Shown: piece after piece, positions 26,110 through 38,859 of the stretch
Numbering within the stretch: the stretch's first letter is position 1
Layout: each line of letters starts with the position of its first letter
The notes under the pieces: model-generated
Database searches by the model: none
Seen by the model: only the letters and a program-made list of their open reading frames with translations
Told to the model about the DNA's origin: nothing
Assembly: GCF_037042905.1 (NCBI RefSeq)
Contig: NC_087252.1
Location: forward strand, 24,616,001 to 24,680,000
Reading direction: 5' to 3'
DNA: 64,000 nt
DNA from: Lytechinus pictus
Taxonomy: Eukaryota
Made by a program: the position numbers and the translations under genes

Positions 26110-26260
26110 CTGCAGCATGGAACAAAGACAAAGAGCAAGAACATCAATGTTAAAGCTAGGTCAGTAGTTACAGCAAGCAATGTTTTTATAAGAAACTTGT
26201 TATTCAAAAAAGGCGAACTGTCACATCACTGTTGATCTACATCTGGTTGATTTTCATTAA

Positions 26261-27009
26261 AGGACAAGTCCACCCCAACAAAAAGTTGAATTGAATAAAA
26301 AGAGAAAAATCCAACAAGCATAATCAAAACAATAAAAATCGGATAAAAAATAAGAAAGTTTTGCTAGTTTGATTATTCTCTTTTTATTCAAATCAACATT
26401 TTTGGGGGCTGGGCTTGACTTTTAAAGTAGAATGAAACCCTTGAAACCAGCTGAATCCATATCAAAGAACAAAATCAAAGAAACATATTGTTGAAAGTTT
26501 GAGGAAGATTGAATGAATAATAAGAAAGTTATGAGCATTTGAATATTGCGATCACTAATGCCATGTAGATCCTCCCATTGGCAATGCGACCAAGATCTGT
26601 GATGTCACACACGTACAACTCCCTCATTACTTTAGTACTTATTTCACTTATATTCTCACTTTTATAGAGTCTATCACAAGGTGAGGTGTTCTCTTTATGA
26701 GAGGACAAGTACAGAGGTTTCACAACATTATATCATTGATGAATCGTTTGTCATATGATTAGAATGAGCAAAAAGAGATGTTTTGGGGTATATTTTCAGT
26801 GTCCAAAAGGGGAGAGTTGTTCATCTGTGACATCAAAGATCTTGGTCGCATTGCCAATGGGAGGATCTCCATAGCATTAGTGATCTCGACATTCAAATGC
26901 TCATAACTCTTCTATTGCTAGTCCTATTTTACTCAAACTTTTGTTGATCTTATTCTTTGATTTTTCTGCTTTCACAAAAGCTAACTTGCTCCAAGAGTTT
27001 CATTCTCCT
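26261..27009. mobile_element. Two adjacent TTAA-flanked MITEs (Kolobok-like), 26261-26421 and 26426-27009
   Basis: TTAA at 26257, 26422 and 27010; AGGACAAGTCC/GGCTTGACTT and AGTAGAATGAAA/TTTCATTCTCCT ends. Confidence 0.65.
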
Positions 27010-27866
27010 TTAAAGACCTTATTGGAAGCAAAAAAATGAAGTAAAATTATACATATTCACCAATTAAAAGCTGACAAGCTACAAAATACAACAAACCCAG
27101 TTTCCTGCATTTTTAACGCTCACCAGCTAAGTACTTCTGTTAGAAATATTCCTATAATTTGCAAATATCGAAAATGGTTACCATCGTGCTATTCAACTAC
27201 AAATATTCCGACGTCATCGTATGTACATGTAAACGCACCTGTGATTACATGCAATTGTATGTAGAAAAGTCACATTATATTCTTGTTATCTAGTTCACAA
27301 ATTCAAATTTTTAAAAGACAATTTGCAAAGGGAAATGTCTTTGGAATTATTTAGTGCTTAAATCAACGTTAACCCACATCATTACACCGTATTTTGGGTA
27401 CTCAAACCTGCAAAAGGTATTCAAACTATGTACAGAAGTCTAAGCTAAAAATGTACAAAACAGAACAAAGTCAAAACAAGCAAGGAGAAATCTGCACAGG
27501 TTTGTGAATGATCATATGAAAAAAAAACTGAGAAGTCCACCCTGACGCAAGAATGGCTGTGATAGAAGCACAGAAATAAAACCATACAGGCCTGGCAGCA
27601 AAAATTCACCTAGAACAAATTATCTGTACATGTAGCTTCTGGAATTTTGAGTTTTTAAACCATCACATTTCACAATTTTGACTGGAAAACAATGCTTAAG
27701 ATTGCTAATAATAAAGAGGCATAGCTCAAAATTGTTTTTAAAAAAAATGTTTGGCACTGATACAAAAAGCTTCCTATATTTTTTGCTTGGATATAGGCTG
27801 ATGAGGTTTTGTCCTGTTTGTAAGGGCACAGATACACATAACAATAATGAGCATAATGATACTAAC

Positions 27867-27954
27867 CTGGTCGGATATTCTTCTTGATCATGTCATCCAG
27901 TTGTTCCTTGGTCAATGTCTCCTCAAAGACCCTTGCGTTCACTACTCGCTCCAT
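27867..27954 (-). CDS. Nested gene, first coding exon (MERVVNARVFEETLTKEQLDDMIKKNIRP); the exon including 5' UTR extends to 28054
   Basis: Strong start context GACCATGG, in-frame upstream TAG, CAG|GTTAGT donor in phase 1 matching the 26109 acceptor, TCTCTTCTTGCAG acceptor before 28054. Confidence 0.8.
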
Positions 27955-28856
27955 GGTCACAGATCTAGAGGATCTAGCTACAGCAGCCTATGGTGTATGT
28001 GTGTTTTACAGAGTGCGTAGTTTCCGCTTCAGAAGAACCTCAAAGACATCAGTTCTGCAAGAAGAGATGTTGCTATGCATCAGGTTGGATTAAGCAATGT
28101 TGACAGGAACATGACTCAACAGTTTTTTTTTTTTTAATCAAGTGCTGCCTGTGTTTAGACAAAGAATTTTCAAATTTTGTCAGTCAACAAAGTGGACAGC
28201 TATGATGATGTTTGTTACCTCGTAAACTATAAGATTAAAAAATATGTCCAACTAGCCTGATCAGACGTCACGCGAAAAATATTTAAAAAACTCCAGTAAT
28301 ACCCTCACAACGATGGAATAAGAACATGTCTTTCCTACATGTACAAGCACATTACTTGAAGGACAGTAAGATTTAATATTCTGTTTTCTCTGAAGAATCT
28401 TTTTATTTTTATACAAATCAGCAAGTTTACAAATTCGTGGAATATGGTTTGTCTCATGTTCCTTTAATTCAAATCAATCAAGTCAAGTCAATTTTGACGT
28501 TCATATGCCATAGTAATCAATATCGTGATTGTGCGCATCAACGGAAAGACAAGACAATATCAAAACCAGCTAACTTGTCTTGCACATGTGCAACCGATCT
28601 GTACACAAGCAGTGCTTGTGATGGCTGAACAACCAGTATGAATTTCTGTTCCAGACTTCCAGTGCTTGAATAACCGAAAGTTCAGTTCTTACCCTTCCGG
28701 TCAGTGGAACACTTACAGTTATTTTTTTCAAAAATGAAGTTCGACACTCTGAACTTACCAGTACTCCAATAATTTTGAGGTAAGTTTTATTTTTACTATG
28801 CACTTCTTGATTGGTATCATTAGTTAATGTTCCTTGGTTCATGGCTTTGATGTTAA

Positions 28857-29462
28857 AGGGATGGTCCGGGCTGAAAATATTTATATTTGAATAAATACAG
28901 TAAAATTCACAGAGCAGAATGCTGAAAATTTCACCAAAATCAAATAACAAAGTTATTGAATCTTAAAGTTTATTAACATTTTGTGAAAATAGCTGTATGC
29001 ACATCATCATAAATATTCATTAGGTGGGATGATGATGTCACATCCCCACTTTCCTTTTTCTTATGTTACATGTATTACATGAAATCATAAATGTTTTATT
29101 TGTTCATACATGTGTAAATGATGTGTCTCCATTATGATGAAATAAGTTGCAGCAGTAAATAACAAATGCACTTAATCAGTTGTCAATCCAATTGCTTTAG
29201 TTCTTGGTAGAAAAAAAATTGAATAAACCTAATTTCATATAATAAAATACAAAAGAACAAGTGGGGATATGACATCAATTTGCTCACTGAGTATTCATGA
29301 AGACACGTCTAGAACTGTTTCACTGGAAAATTCAAAAATCTTTAAAATTTCATAACTTTGTTATTCCTTGTCCGATTTTGATAAAATTTTCAGTGTTTTG
29401 TTTGTCTGATTTTTCCTTATTATGTTCAAATAATCATATTTACTTGAGCGTGGAGTATCCCT
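28857..29462. mobile_element. TTAA-flanked MITE (Kolobok-like)
   Basis: TTAA|AGGGAT ... ATCCCT|TTAA with long imperfect inverted arms. Confidence 0.7.
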
Positions 29463-29959
29463 TTAAGCATAATCCACATCCCACTATCGGGACTAAAAGG
29501 TTTGTCAAAATCTGTTCTTTTGACTTTTTCATTAAAATGTCTGGTTCGTACGAAAGTGACCAAAAAGCGACAGATTTTCACAAGCCTTATGACTACAAGT
29601 ACTAGAAGAGTAATATACAGGTTTCATCAATTTAATCCCTCTCGAGTTTACTTCACATGCCACCGTAGGGGTGCTATACCCCCTACACTAATTCACATTA
29701 CTTTTCAAGGCGTAAACTAGTAAAAACAAACAAAAACTTATAAGTATAAGGGGAGTAAAATGACAACGCATACATGTAGGACGAGCGCCCTCGATCCCTC
29801 ACCCCCACTCATTTTTTGAAACCCCTTTGAAACCTTAATTGGCGGTATGCTAATAATATCCCACTTGTCCTGAATTCGCCAATATACTTCCAAAGGGACA
29901 AATTCAAAATCTTGCTTGATGAATAGCCTTTCTATGAAAATGGGTCTAATGATAAGAAA

Positions 29960-30016
<57 letters not shown>

Positions 30017-30054
30017 AACTACTCCTACTACTACTACTACTACTACAACTGCTC

Positions 30055-30096
<42 letters not shown>

Positions 30097-30101
30097 TACT
30101 G

Positions 30102-30179
<78 letters not shown>

Positions 30180-30184
30180 TACTG

Positions 30185-30236
<52 letters not shown>

Positions 30237-30237
30237 A

Positions 30238-30286
<49 letters not shown>

Positions 30287-30291
30287 TACTG

Positions 30292-30343
<52 letters not shown>

Positions 30344-30403
30344 AACTACTACTACTACTATACTGCTACTACTACTACTAAGTACTACTACTACTACTAC
30401 TAC

Positions 30404-30448
<45 letters not shown>
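29960..30448. repeat. (ACT)n followed by (AAT)n microsatellite
   Basis: Read directly. Confidence 0.98.
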
Positions 30449-30449
<1 letters not shown>

Positions 30450-31076
30450 TTATGGAGATATAATACAATAACAGTAGTACACATTAGTTATTATTACTTA
30501 TCATAATAATGATATCCAATAATTAGACATGTTAGAAGGCCAATTCTGAGGCCAGTGCCTATTTCAAAATTAGAAGAGTGATATTGGCAGATGCCTACTG
30601 CCGTGACTGCCCCGAGTGCCCCTTCCACCAGGGTGCGACATAAGCGCTTGCCCAATTGCCCGGGGCAAGTAAAAGTAAGAGTCGGGCAAGTGTTTTGAAC
30701 TTGGAGTAAAGACAAAAACTACTTGCCCGAATCGGGCAAGCAAAATTCTCACCGTGAAATGAAAGTTTACAAAGTTTCCCCATACTTCACATGCAAAAGT
30801 ACAGAAGAGAGAGAGAAAAACAAAGTTAACAACTTCCCTCAATTCAAATTGCAAGCCAGTTTGCGACATTTTTTGTGATCTACACACAAAAACACGCACA
30901 CAGAGTCAGCATACATACATGTGGCTGGTGCGCCCAGCCTCTAGCCCAGCCATTCTCAATTAATTTTGTTGAAGCGCCAAATTTCTTGTTGAGAATCTGG
31001 ACTGCTCCACTATCCAACACGTGAAGAGCGAAATATTGTGGTATGGGGGGAATGCAGGACCACCTGAAGAGCTTAA

Positions 31077-31649
31077 AGGTCAAGTATTCCAGAAAAATGT
31101 TGATTTGAATAAATAGAGAAAAATCAAACTAGCAAAACGCTGAAAATTTCATAAAAATCGGATGTAAAATAAGAAAGTTATAACATTTTAAAGTTTTGCT
31201 TATTTTTCACAAAACAGTGATATGCACAACTCAAATGAGACATTCGATGATGTCCCTCACTCACTATTTCTTTTGTTTTTTATTGTTTGAATTATACAAT
31301 ATTTCATTTTTTATAGATTTGACAATAAGGACCGACTTGACTGAATCATAATATGAAACAATGCTCATTCCACATGTTCAGGGAGGAATTAATCGTTGTC
31401 TCGCTTGACAATGAGGAGAAAATTCATATTATAAAATACAAAAGAAATAGTGAGTGGATGACGTCATCAGTCTCCTCATTTGCATACCCACCAGGATGTG
31501 CATATAACTGTTTTCTGAAATTAAGCAAAACTTTAAAATGTCATAACTTTCTTGTTTTACATCCGATTTTGATGAAATTTTCAGTTTTATGCTTGTTGGA
31601 TTATTCTTTTTTTATTCACATCAAATTTTTGTTCGGGTGGACGTGTCCT
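31077..31649. mobile_element. TTAA-flanked MITE (Kolobok-like); partial copy at ~18385-18689, relative at ~20650-20895
   Basis: TTAA|AGGTCAAGT ... ACGTGTCCT|TTAA; 3' half nearly identical to 18385-18689. Confidence 0.75.
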
Positions 31650-31825
31650 TTAAGTAAAAAAGCCTTTCAAATGGCAGAGTGCGGTTCTCAATCAACAGAA
31701 GATATAAAAATACCAACTACACAATTTATTTTAAAAAAATTATAAGTGACTTGCTCAAATTAGTGTTAATTATTATGTTTCTGTATTAAATTTTATTCTT
31801 GATGAGGGTCGTGTTTGAAAAGCAA

Positions 31826-32076
31826 ACCGGGTATGTTGATTAGTGGTAGAGCGTCAGCCTCATGAACGGGAGGACGTGGGTTCGATCCCCAACAGAGTCA
31901 TACAAAAACATATATATAGGAATGGAACCTTCTGCCTTCTTGCTTGGCGCTCAGCATTTAGATTGGAGAAGGGTAGTAATAACATACATGGAAATGCAGG
32001 GCCCGCTGCAGTTCCCTAACCGAAATGGCTACCCTGAGTAAATAAAACGTAATTATGATTATTATTGTTATTATTA
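31826..32076 (+). mobile_element. tRNA-derived SINE
   Basis: A-box-like TTAGTGGTAGAGCG, B box GGTTCGATCCC, body with TGCTTGGCGCTCAGCA, (ATT)n tail. Confidence 0.7.
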
Positions 32077-32574
32077 AAAGCACTGTTCACAAATCTATGT
32101 TCACATACATAGTCTTTTTACCAATCGTAAATGAATACATTAAAGGTATATTGTATGATTGGTTGATCTCAGACAAGGGCAATGAATCAATTTTGAAATT
32201 ATTACATTCATTAAATACCTATATTATTGCTCTATTTTATCACGGAAAAGAAACTTGCATAACTTTTCTATTTTCATGATATTGAGGGGTAAAACATATA
32301 TTATGACTTGATCGGTTAACCGTTATAAGGTCGAGCTTTCTTATTGACGCCCTCTCGGGTTAAAAAATAAATTGATATTAGAACACCGTTCGAATCATGC
32401 ATATTCATTACGACTCATGCATATTGATGAGTACGTCATGGCGCATGCGCAGTATCAAGAAATCCCCGTGCAGTACAACAAAGTGCAGTACTGTGTGTGT
32501 GCATAGTAGCTGAGTAGAAAGCAAACAGCGAACGGTGCGTGCAAGCTCAATGATCCGATGCTAGCCGAGCCGGC

Positions 32575-34820
32575 TAGCGACATGCTTGCGCTCTGCATTA
32601 GTTTCAGATATAATGCACTATTAGCGATAGCACACACAGGATAAAAATATATTGAGCTGTAGCTCCATGATTGTATCGTACGTGAAAAGGGATTCAGACA
32701 CGCTGATTATCTGACGTGAATGACGAAGCAAATGGTTGCCCAATACGGCTTACTTTCGGAATCTTATGTCATGAATCTGAAAGTACTCCAAGACCATGGA
32801 CCTATTACGAATAGGTCCATGCCAAGACTAAAAGAGATACGAGAATCCCAGAGATGGGCAAGGGCCGAGTTCCGAGTTTGATCTTTATTCTGTGGATTGT
32901 AGCTCTTTTATGCACCTTTTCCCTTCATACATAGCTTGGCGTGCTATATACGGGAACTAGAGCGAGGTGCTAGCGCAGCTTACTGTATACTGACTCCTTG
33001 GCCCTTCCCAAAGGAAAGGGGTAGGGGGGAGAGAGAAGAAAGAAAGAAGTGGATTGGTGAAAGAGAATCAGGAGAGCCATCATAAATACAACATACCCTG
33101 ATTTAATATCTTTCCTAAATGTTTCAGTCAGTTTCAGATTATTTGGCTCCACTCGCAAAGTACAGAGGAGAAATTGGAAAAAAAAGTTAAAACAAAAGTA
33201 TTTAAAACTCTAAACAGACGGCCACCACCATTCTGTCTACAGGCACAGCCAAGCATGAAGAAAGGGAAAGGGCGAAGAGAAAAACGATTACTTTCAGGGC
33301 GGGTTCTACGATATAAAACAGGGTTTATTTCATACGGGGTTAAATATAGGCCTATAGTAAAACAACGAAGATTCAACCCCAATGCAGGGTTAAATATAGG
33401 CCTATAGTAAAACATAACGAAGATGCAAACCCAATGCAACACTAGACTACTCTTCGTTTGTTTAGATTGAACTCGCGAGGTCAAAAGGTGAGCTGAGAAA
33501 CCTGTTGATGCGAAGTACGTACGTGTAGTCTACATTGTGTAGACCGTGATAGCACGCATCAAGTTGCAAATTTCGAACAAGCAGAGTAGAGGCGTCATGA
33601 GCCAAAAAAAAATGAGGGGGCAGACATGACCGTACCGGTACCCCCACGCGCACACATAACCAACACACACACGCCCTCCACTGATTCACTTACCCCCAGT
33701 GATTCACCTAACCCACTGATTCACTTTCCCCGAAAAAAAAATGTTGTTTCGTGTGACTATTCAGGGGTGTGTGTATGCGTGTTATGGGGATGTAGTGTGT
33801 TGTGTTTGGTAGTCGTATCGTACAAAATACCAACAGTCCAGGAGGTGGACTAGCTAGCGATATGCTTGCGCTCTGCATGCACGTCTACTTTATACATAAT
33901 CCACTATTAGCGACAGCACACACTGGACAAGCATATTATATGGAGCTATATAGCTCCATGATTGTATTGTACGTGAATAAGGATTCACTTGGACACTTGG
34001 ATTATCGAACGTGAATGACGAAGCAAAGGATTGCCCAATACGGCTTACTTTCGGAATATAATGTCATGAATCTGAAAGTACTCCAAGACTAAAAGAGATA
34101 CGAGAATCCCAAAGAAGGGCAAGGGCCTAGTTTGATTTGACGGCCACCTCGCTCTTTGCGCTCGCATCAATATTGTTAGGTAGATGACAATCAGAGATAT
34201 CTATGATGACAATCCTGTTCATGATAACCAAAAGTGCTTAGAATGTCAGAATTTTAGTTCAGAATATCAATCACTTTTTAAGCCCAAGTGATTGATATTC
34301 TGACCTAAAATTTTGACATTCTAAGCACATGTGGTAATCATGAACAGGAATGTCATCTAATTTTAACTAAACAATATTGAAGCGCGTATAAAAAGGGCGA
34401 GATGAAACATTGTCATATGTATATATATAGACGGCCACCCCCATTCTGTCTAGGGCCGAGTATGAAGAAAGGGAAGGGCGAAGAGAAAAACGATTATTTT
34501 CAGGGCGGGATACAAAATAGTAAAACATAGAAGGAAAATAAAAGTTGATGGGACCATGGAGGACACACAGTATTGACATGAAAGTAGGATTATTCTTCGT
34601 TGTTTAGACTGAACTTGCGAGGTCAAAAGGTGAGCTGAGAAACCTGTTGATGCGAAGTATGTAGCGTAGTCTACATCGTGTAGACCATGACAGTGTGTGT
34701 ATCCGACCATTGTCAAGTTGCAAATTTAGAATACAGTGTTATTTGGTCAATGGGGGTCAATCTTTACAAGCAGAGCAGAGGCGTCATGAGCCAAAGCAAA
34801 AAAAATTAGGGGGGTAGACG
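32575..34820. repeat. Diverged local tandem duplication (~32575-33625 versus ~33851-34820)
   Basis: Colinear blocks GCTAGCGAYATGCTTGCGCTCTGCAT, GACGGCCACC..ATTCTGTCTA and GGTCAAAAGGTGAGCTGAGAAACC each present twice. Confidence 0.85.
32795..32821. mobile_element. 27-bp remnant of the P-like element, 7-bp TSD CCAAGAC
   Basis: CATGGACCTATTACGAATAGGTCCATG; the paralogous site at 34083-34089 has a single CCAAGAC. Confidence 0.9.
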
Positions 34821-35275
34821 TAAGGGGCAAGATTTCTCGGAAAACTCTTATTCTTGCAGCCACACAAGAAAGCTTGTAGCTAGATGTTGAGTAATGAGAA
34901 GTTGAGTATATTCAATATGGTCTATGGTAGAACCGTTGCGCTCTAGGTATGCAGAGGGGTGAATTTCGGAGCCGACCCCGGGGGCCGACCGGCATGTTTT
35001 ACAACAGAACTTTACAAGTCATGCCGTTTGAAACAGGGCAACGAAGTACGTGAAAGAAGACGAAGCAAACTTGGAGAAGCAACGTCCGAGGGGATAGTAA
35101 TTTACGTCTGCTTTGAAACGTGTATCAATAAGGATTTCCAGAGAATGGATCGCAGAGTATTTCTCCAGTATGGGGAGGGTGGGGGTAGCCTATAGGCCTA
35201 ATCAATCCATCAGTGGATGGATGGATGGATGACTGAAAGAATGAATAGATGGATGAATAGGCATATATATGAATG

Positions 35276-35928
35276 CGTATCCGGACATCTACCCCCTGGA
35301 CATCCACCCCCCGGACATCCACCACCCGGACATCTACCCCCCGGACATTTACCCCCCCGGACAAGTACCCCCCGGACATCTACCCCCCGGACATCTACCC
35401 CCGGACATCTACCCCCTGGACATCTACCCCCCGGACATCTACCCCCCGGACATCTACCCCCCGGACATCTACCCCCCGGACATTTACCCCCCGGACATCT
35501 ACCCCCCGGACAAGTACCCCCCGGACATCTACCCCCCGGACATCTACCCCCGGACATCTACCCCCCGGACAATAACCCCCCGGACATCTACCCCCCGGAC
35601 ATTTACCCCCCGGACATCTACCCCCCCGGACATCTACCCCCCGGACATTTACCCCCTGGATATTTACCCCCCCCCCCCAGACAGGCTACCCCCGGGCATC
35701 TACTCACGGATATTTTGGATACGGGGGGTAAATGTCCAAGGGGTAGATGTCCGGGGGGTAGATGTCCGGGGGGTAAATGTCCGGGTGGTAGATGTCCGGG
35801 GGGTAGATGTCCTAGGGGGTACTTGTCCTAGGGGGTACTTGTCCTAAGGGGGTGGATGTCCGGGGGGTGGATGTCCGGGTGGTAGATGTCCGGGGGGTGG
35901 ATGTCCAGGGGGTAGATGTCCTAGAATC
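35276..35928. mobile_element. Foldback/MULE-like element built of inverted arrays of a 15-bp unit (GGACATCTACCCCCC)
   Basis: Left arm C-rich, right arm its reverse complement; 9-bp TSD ATATGAATG (35267-35275, 35929-35937). Confidence 0.85.
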
Positions 35929-36128
35929 ATATGAATGGATGGACAAAGACAAATGGATACCAATGACGAATAATAGATAGGGGCGCCCCATGGGAGCTGT
36001 TGTTGAATGGGCTACCCCTTATTAAATAAACAATAAACAATTAAAAATAGATGGAAAGATGAACTTTTATTGCAACAAATGAGAGGAAGATAGGCCTCCG
36101 GGATACACGCATACAGTGTGTACACGAG

Positions 36129-36155
36129 CATGGACCTATTCGTAATAGGTCCATG
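36129..36155. mobile_element. Second 27-bp P-like remnant (reverse complement of 32795-32821)
   Basis: CATGGACCTATTCGTAATAGGTCCATG flanked by ACACGAG / GCACGAG. Confidence 0.85.
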
Positions 36156-38046
36156 GCACGAGCAGTTCAACTGTTGAAAAAATGTGAATGACTGTGGTGC
36201 GTGGCGACGTGAGCAGGACAAAGACATCACTCACATCTTGATTGGCATAACGTAGACTTATTTAGCAATGAAAGTGGAACCGGGAATTGGGACTCCCATT
36301 TTCCTGCTATAAATATAGGAAAAACGAATGATAACTGTTGTTTTATAGCCGAGGAAATGTATTCTTCATATTGGGATTGGGACCAAGGAGATCCCGGCGT
36401 GTCAAAATTTCACAACTCATGGGGAAAATAATATAATAATCATTTTTGATGATTGAAAAAAAATGTGCTCAGTTCACACTGTCACGATTTTTTTTTTGGT
36501 GGGGTTACCTGCAGAAAATAATTTGACAAAGCAAAAGAAAAACATCGTTGGTCATTCCATACATTTCTCAAATTTGACACCTATCAGAATTCCAGGGGGT
36601 GCTGCCCATGGAAAATAATACATGCCGCATCCCCAGCTCCCCCCCCCCCCCGCTTCCAAGAGGCATATAATCGCGGAATAATTAATCGTATCAGCAAGTA
36701 TCAGATCAGTCAAGGCGATCGTATTGATCGTAGAAAGTGTTGGAATATGGTTCAACTATTTTGGAGATCAGTTATGAAAGGCCAATCGTGCATGGTGTTC
36801 GTGACGGATTGCACTATTGTAGGAATAAGAATATTTTGGGGCGGGAAAGTCGCCTACTTCCAAGCGGTGATGACTTTCGGGGAAAAAAAGAAATTTGTGT
36901 TAGAAATTTTTGGGCAAGCCCATTCTGGCGAGGTTCAATGGGTATACGCCTATTCTGATGTATTTAATTTATGGTGATGTGATGCAAATATGTTGCCGAT
37001 AAAAATATAATATTTTGCCTTTATGTGTGTTTTACAACTCACAGGGGGGGGGGGGGGGGGAGGGTCAAGGAGAATACAGTAATAGCTCTGAATACTGACT
37101 GAGAGACACTCCGATCTGCAAAAGTGAAGGCAAAGCTGTCATGGGGCAAGCAAACAAGTAATACTTTCTTGAATAGGCATACCATAATAAAGTTTGTGAG
37201 AATAATATTGAAATAAAGAGAAAAATAACATTGAGAATGCGAACATAAGGAATACACACAACCTAAGGTTAGGAATTGTATAAACAGCGAAAAATACAGA
37301 AAGATGTTATGAACATGCTTTCACTATTCATGAATGTATAATGCAATGATATAAAGGGAAAATGTTTTAAGTTGAATTTAATTTTAACCAGTGGCGTAAA
37401 TAATGAACATAACAAATGAAGGGGCCAGATATACATATAGGGCACAAATCTTGATTTTTGTTGTTGTAATCTATGATAGATTTTGACATGATATTCAGAT
37501 AATAGTTTCCCTTCTCTCTTTCCTTTTTTTTCTTGGCCGTGACAAATTTGGGAATCCATACAGCCCCAAGCCTTATTTTGAACGCCACTGATTTCAACTG
37601 AATATCATCAGAAAAATATTTACAAGGTAGTCAAGTGGCAGCCGACGCAGCGTGTAAAAACAGTATGAATTTCATTGCATGATAATAATAAAATGATAAA
37701 TAATGTCATGTGTGGTTAGCGGAAACGAGGATAGGACGTTTTGTAATTCGCTATGCAGTAAAATAATGAGAATGACTGAAACGATATATATTCAAAATAT
37801 AAATTTCATGAGAGAGAAACGATTCAAACAATAACAGAGTATAATATTATGTTGCGTTCAAATTCCCTTTTGATCGTTCTTTTGATTCCCTTTCAACAAT
37901 CTATTTCTTTCTTCCTTTCTTCTCTCTCTTCCCTTTATTGGGGCGGCCGAGCTAAGGATGGAGGGGGTATCGGATATAAGGAAGCAGTTTAGGTGTTATG
38001 GCACATGACAAGTTCAATTCAGTGGCCTAGTACTAGTAGGTCCATT

Positions 38047-38353
38047 GGTAAATTGCCAATTCGTCAACTGCCAACTCATCCATTCACCACATGGTCTACA
38101 TTCATTTAGTCCATGCAATGCCAATCCGTCCATCAACATTTCATCGAACAACCATTTGGTCCAGTTAGTCCAGTATCCAATTCATTTTCATTCATTTTGC
38201 ACAATAACACGTCCAATAACCAAATTGTATATGGACTAAATGACTATTGGATCAGATGGTTATTAGACGGAATGCTGTGGATAATGAACGAACTGATGGT
38301 AGACCAAATAATGATAGTAGACGAGTTGGCATCAGACGAAATGGAAGTAAACC
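38047..38353. mobile_element. MULE-like MITE with repetitive inverted arms; relative at ~52710-53107
   Basis: GCCAATTCGTC.. left arms; GTAGACGAGTTGGCA...TGGAARTAAACC right arms in both copies. Confidence 0.55.
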
Positions 38354-38859
38354 GATCCGATCAGTGGACTAGCGCCTAGTATCACGCCGGTATAGATAAG
38401 GAGGTACAATGTTGGAAACGATGCCCAACGGACATGCCCGTATCCAGGATCCATGATTGAGCCCGACTATTTTGGCGCCCCTGTGAACTTTTCGGAAAAT
38501 GGCACCCCGACCCGCCCAGCACGGCTATCATAGATGCCTTAAATGCAGTTTGAATTATCGTATTTCATAATCACGTGAAAAAGGCATCGAAGACCACTTT
38601 TTAATGTGTTCGTGAAAAAAACCATCCATGAATATGTTTTAACCACCTTTTGAAAAAAATAAATGCGACCAGAAAGCACAGAATTTTAAACATTTTTGGG
38701 TTTCAATTTAGTTCAACTTCTCATCAGAGTGGTAGACCATACTAAAATTATGTGCGGGAGCTGTAATTTCTTAACCGGGGGCGGATCCAGCTTTCGCCAA
38801 TAGGGGAGGGGATATTTTCATCTCTTTTCCGATCGAACATTCTGAGTTTTATTGCAACC

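Noticed and set aside
26110..26131. ORF-track start MSLFHAA
   Set aside because: Lies in the polypyrimidine tract and acceptor; the better-supported start is at 27954
29916..30506. Poly-T/L/Y/N ORF (also 63418-63609)
   Set aside because: Microsatellite translation
31826..31900. Possible tRNA gene
   Set aside because: No acceptor stem; continues into a SINE body and (ATT)n tail
35210..35847. Pro/Gly/Cys-repeat ORFs
   Set aside because: Translations of the 15-bp foldback repeats
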